Positions 45,623-48,483 of a stretch of DNA of 48,483 nucleotides are shown here, in pieces (positions within the stretch are counted from its first letter, which is position 1; each line of letters starts with the position of its first letter). The stretch covers positions 35,999,078 through 36,047,560 of the forward strand of contig NC_068997.1 of NCBI RefSeq assembly GCF_001194135.2, in the 5' to 3' direction. Position numbers and translations under genes: made by a program. The notes beneath the pieces are model-generated. The model was not told the origin of the DNA, made no database searches, and was given only the letters and a program-made list of their open reading frames with translations. The stretch comes from Octopus bimaculoides. Lineage: Eukaryota.

Positions 45623-46699
45623 TAATTTTAATCTTCGGATTTTTTTAATATGCTAGACCACTGGTTCAAATTGATTAATATCAATTTCTACCCTCATAAA
45701 TAATTTTTTATTTATAATTGTATATAAATTCATTAGTTACTATAATTTATTAGTTTCTTTTGCCTATTCTTAGTTTATGCATGTGTATGCAAATGTAGTA
45801 TTGGTATATCCCATTTATGTTCATTAGAAATTAAATAAAGATTTTTGACATGTNNNNNNNNNNNNNNNNNNNNNNNNNNNNNNNNNNNNNNNNNNNNNNN
45901 NNNNNNNNNNNNNNNNNNNNNNNNNNNNNNNNNNNNNNNNNNNNNNACACCTCTCTTTCTGCACAGATCATACTCCCCTTATTAGTTCTTTTTATTATTC
46001 TATCTATTTCATTACCTATGTAAACATAGTTTAAACATAGTTTCATCTTCCATGCTGTTATGTTTTAAAAACAGACTTAAGTTCCTTTCACACACTTTTA
46101 CTATCGTCACTCAATCATTTATTCAATTATGTCACATCATTACTTATTTCTCTAATTTTGTCACAGATTGGCTGACCGAAAATTCTAAGATTTTTCAATT
46201 CTATTTCACTGTTATCAGCATTTACTGTTTCATTAAATTATGTTACCCAGAATCCCAAAAGAATATTTTTCTCCCTCGTGTTCCATCCTTCACCAGCCTA
46301 ACTCTGGTCCCTCTCTCCCTCCGCCCCTCTCTCTCTGTTTCGATAACCACTTCTTTCTCCAACATTTCCCCCTCCTCCACCACCCCACCCTATATAAACT
46401 ACCTCAGATTCCACTACTTCATTTTAATAACTCCACCAAAAGAATACAACTCCAGATGTTCTTCTCTAACTTTGCTATTTCATGGTATGCCTGCCCTTCC
46501 ACCCCACTACCTGTACTGGAAGTCCCTCTCCTCTGACAGCTTTTGGTTGTTTCCTATGAACACTCCTAAAGGCTTAATGCCATCCCCACAACTACTTAGG
46601 GTTTATCTCCTATGTAAGGTAGTGATCATATAGCACATAAAAATGAAGATTGAAGGTTATTGTTTGTTTATGAATTCTGCCAAATACGAGCTTTCTTTT

Positions 46700-48483
46700 C
46701 AGTTACATGACGCTGCTGTTCCCCATCCCAGGGTCTCATGGGCCCACACCTCCCACACCTTCAGGGTTGGCACACTCAATGTGGGCACACTGAAAAGTAA
46801 GTCTGGTTAGATTGTTGAGATGCTTGAACGGAGACATGTAGATTTGTGCTGCATCCAAGAAGTAAGGTGGAGAGGAGGTTTCGCTAGGTTCCTCACAGGC
46901 AAAGAACATAGGTACAAGATTTTCTGGGCAGCGAACACTGACAATGTTGGGGGCATGGGTATACTTCTTGCAGAGAAATGAGTTCATAAGGTAATCGAGG
47001 TAGTCAGAGTCTGTGATAGAATACTTAAGATTAGATTAGTGCTAGATCATAGGTTAGCAACCATTATCTCAGCCTATGCCCCTCAGCCAGGGCTACCTGA
47101 CGGACAGAAAGACTGATTTTATGACACCCTCTTGCTGACTACCTCGTTGACAAATGACAGGGACCTTCTCTTTGTGGCTGGTGACTTCAATGGACATGTT
47201 GGACAACATGCAGGGGGCTTCCATGGCATACATGGAGGCTATAGTTTTGGTTCCCGCAATGAGGAGGGAACCAGGCTGCTGAAGTTCTGCGATGCAAATG
47301 ATCTTATAGTTTGCAATACTAACTTCAGCTGACCTACCAGTCACCTGGTCACCTACCAATCTGGTAGACACACTAGCCAAATTGACTACATCCTCACCAG
47401 GAAAAGGGAAAGATGGCTGCTTATAAATGCCAAAACTTTCCTAGGCAAAGAATGTATCACACAACATAGACTAGTAGTTAACGACTTCAGGATCAGAGCT
47501 AAATGGATGCCCAGAAGTCAACCAGCATAGAGGAGAAGGGTCTTGAAGCTTAAAGATCCTGTGAATGGACAGAGATTTAGAGACATATTACTCGAAGCTT
47601 TTGACGAAATAGAGGGGCATACAGCATCACATAATGTGGAAGACAACTGGAGGTTTGTATGGGACAACCTGCTGAGGGCCATTGACCAGATCTGTAGATG
47701 GTGCAATGTTCCTTCTCGACCCCATGGTAACGTGGTGGTGGAACAATGTTGTTGATAGGGCTATTAGGGAAAAGAAACAGGCTTGATAGGAGGGAATTGT
47801 ATCAAACTGGCAGAAGGGAAACGAGGAGACAAGTTTATTTAGCTACAGGGGAAGCAGATGAGAAAAAATTTACCAATGTTCTGTGCAATGAGGACCAAAA
47901 ACTTGAGGTATTTCATATTGCAAGACAGTATGTGAGAGAGAATTGTGATGAAAGGTTGCTAAATAAAGAGAATGAATGGGAGAAAGTGAGTCTGCCAAAT
48001 GCTGACCCAACAGAGGTACCAGCTATCTGAATTGACAGTACCTTGGTAGATAAAACAATTAAGGGTATGAAGAAAGGAAAAAACCCCGGCCCATTAGGAA
48101 TCACAGCAGGGATGCTCAAGATATTTGGTGGTGTTGGCTATAGCCTAGTCACCTGTATAGCCAACCAGGTGATACATGAAGGAGTCATACCCAATAACTG
48201 GTGTAGCAGCACCATAGTCAGCTGCTATACAAAGGTAAAGTTGACGCTTTAGATACAAATAATTACAGAGGTATCAAATTGTTGGATCAGGTAATGACGG
48301 TCATGGAGAAGGTCATAGCCCTACTAATTATTGAGTGAGTCAGTCTAGATGAGATGCAGTTTGGGTTTATGCCAAGGAAAAGCACCACTGATGCTATATT
48401 TCTGGTAAGACAGCTGCAGGAGAAATACCTAGCCAAAGATAAACCTCTGTACCTGGCTTTCATTGACATGGAGAAAGCCTTCG
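46700..48483 (+). mobile_element. RTE LINE (APE endonuclease, linker and RT start), degenerate, cut by the window end
   Basis: RVGTLNVGTLK...CIQEVRWRG; VAGDFNGHVG; SQIDYIL; KNPGPLGITAGML; NYRGIKLL; AFIDMEKAF. Confidence 0.92.

Larger units (their letters stand above)
44029..45853 (+). mobile_element. Tc1 DD34E transposon with long (about 200-bp) TIRs; right end runs into N gap 45854-45946
   Basis: TA|CAGTGGATGGAAATAAATATTCGTACATG. 45715-45853 is the reverse complement of about 44053-44190, and 45420-45450 is the reverse complement of about 44198-44228. Confidence 0.9.

Noticed and set aside
46052-46633. 193-aa ORF upstream of the last RTE
   Set aside because: Pyrimidine-rich low complexity, no recognisable domain and no splice support.

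Overview
Eukaryotic, AT-rich, almost entirely non-genic window. It looks like cephalopod (Octopus-like) DNA, which is an inference from the SINE, RTE and MITE families I recognise. No intact host CDS is supportable. Most ORFs in the supplied track are decayed transposon fragments, shadow ORFs or microsatellite and N artefacts. The window is a nested transposon graveyard: Helitron, Tx1/L1 LINE, two Penelope-like fragments, two hAT relics, CRE-like and R4/Dong-like RLE retroelements, about seven RTE LINE pieces, Copia, two Tc1 elements (DD36E and DD34E), MITEs and tRNA-SINEs, plus five N gaps. The standout is at 1518-1919: a 346-bp, highly self-complementary unit with a 56-bp terminal redundancy. 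It carries a near-canonical type I hammerhead ribozyme (1678-1746), the architecture of a non-LTR retrozyme (circRNA-derived retroelement), and lies immediately upstream of a Tx1-like LINE. Other notable items are tandem PHD-like fingers in the CRE-like element, a 70-bp near-perfect hairpin inside a Tc1 TIR, two decayed minimal hammerheads near 34 kb, and a CpG-rich E2F/CCAAT/E-box promoter candidate near 35.4 kb.
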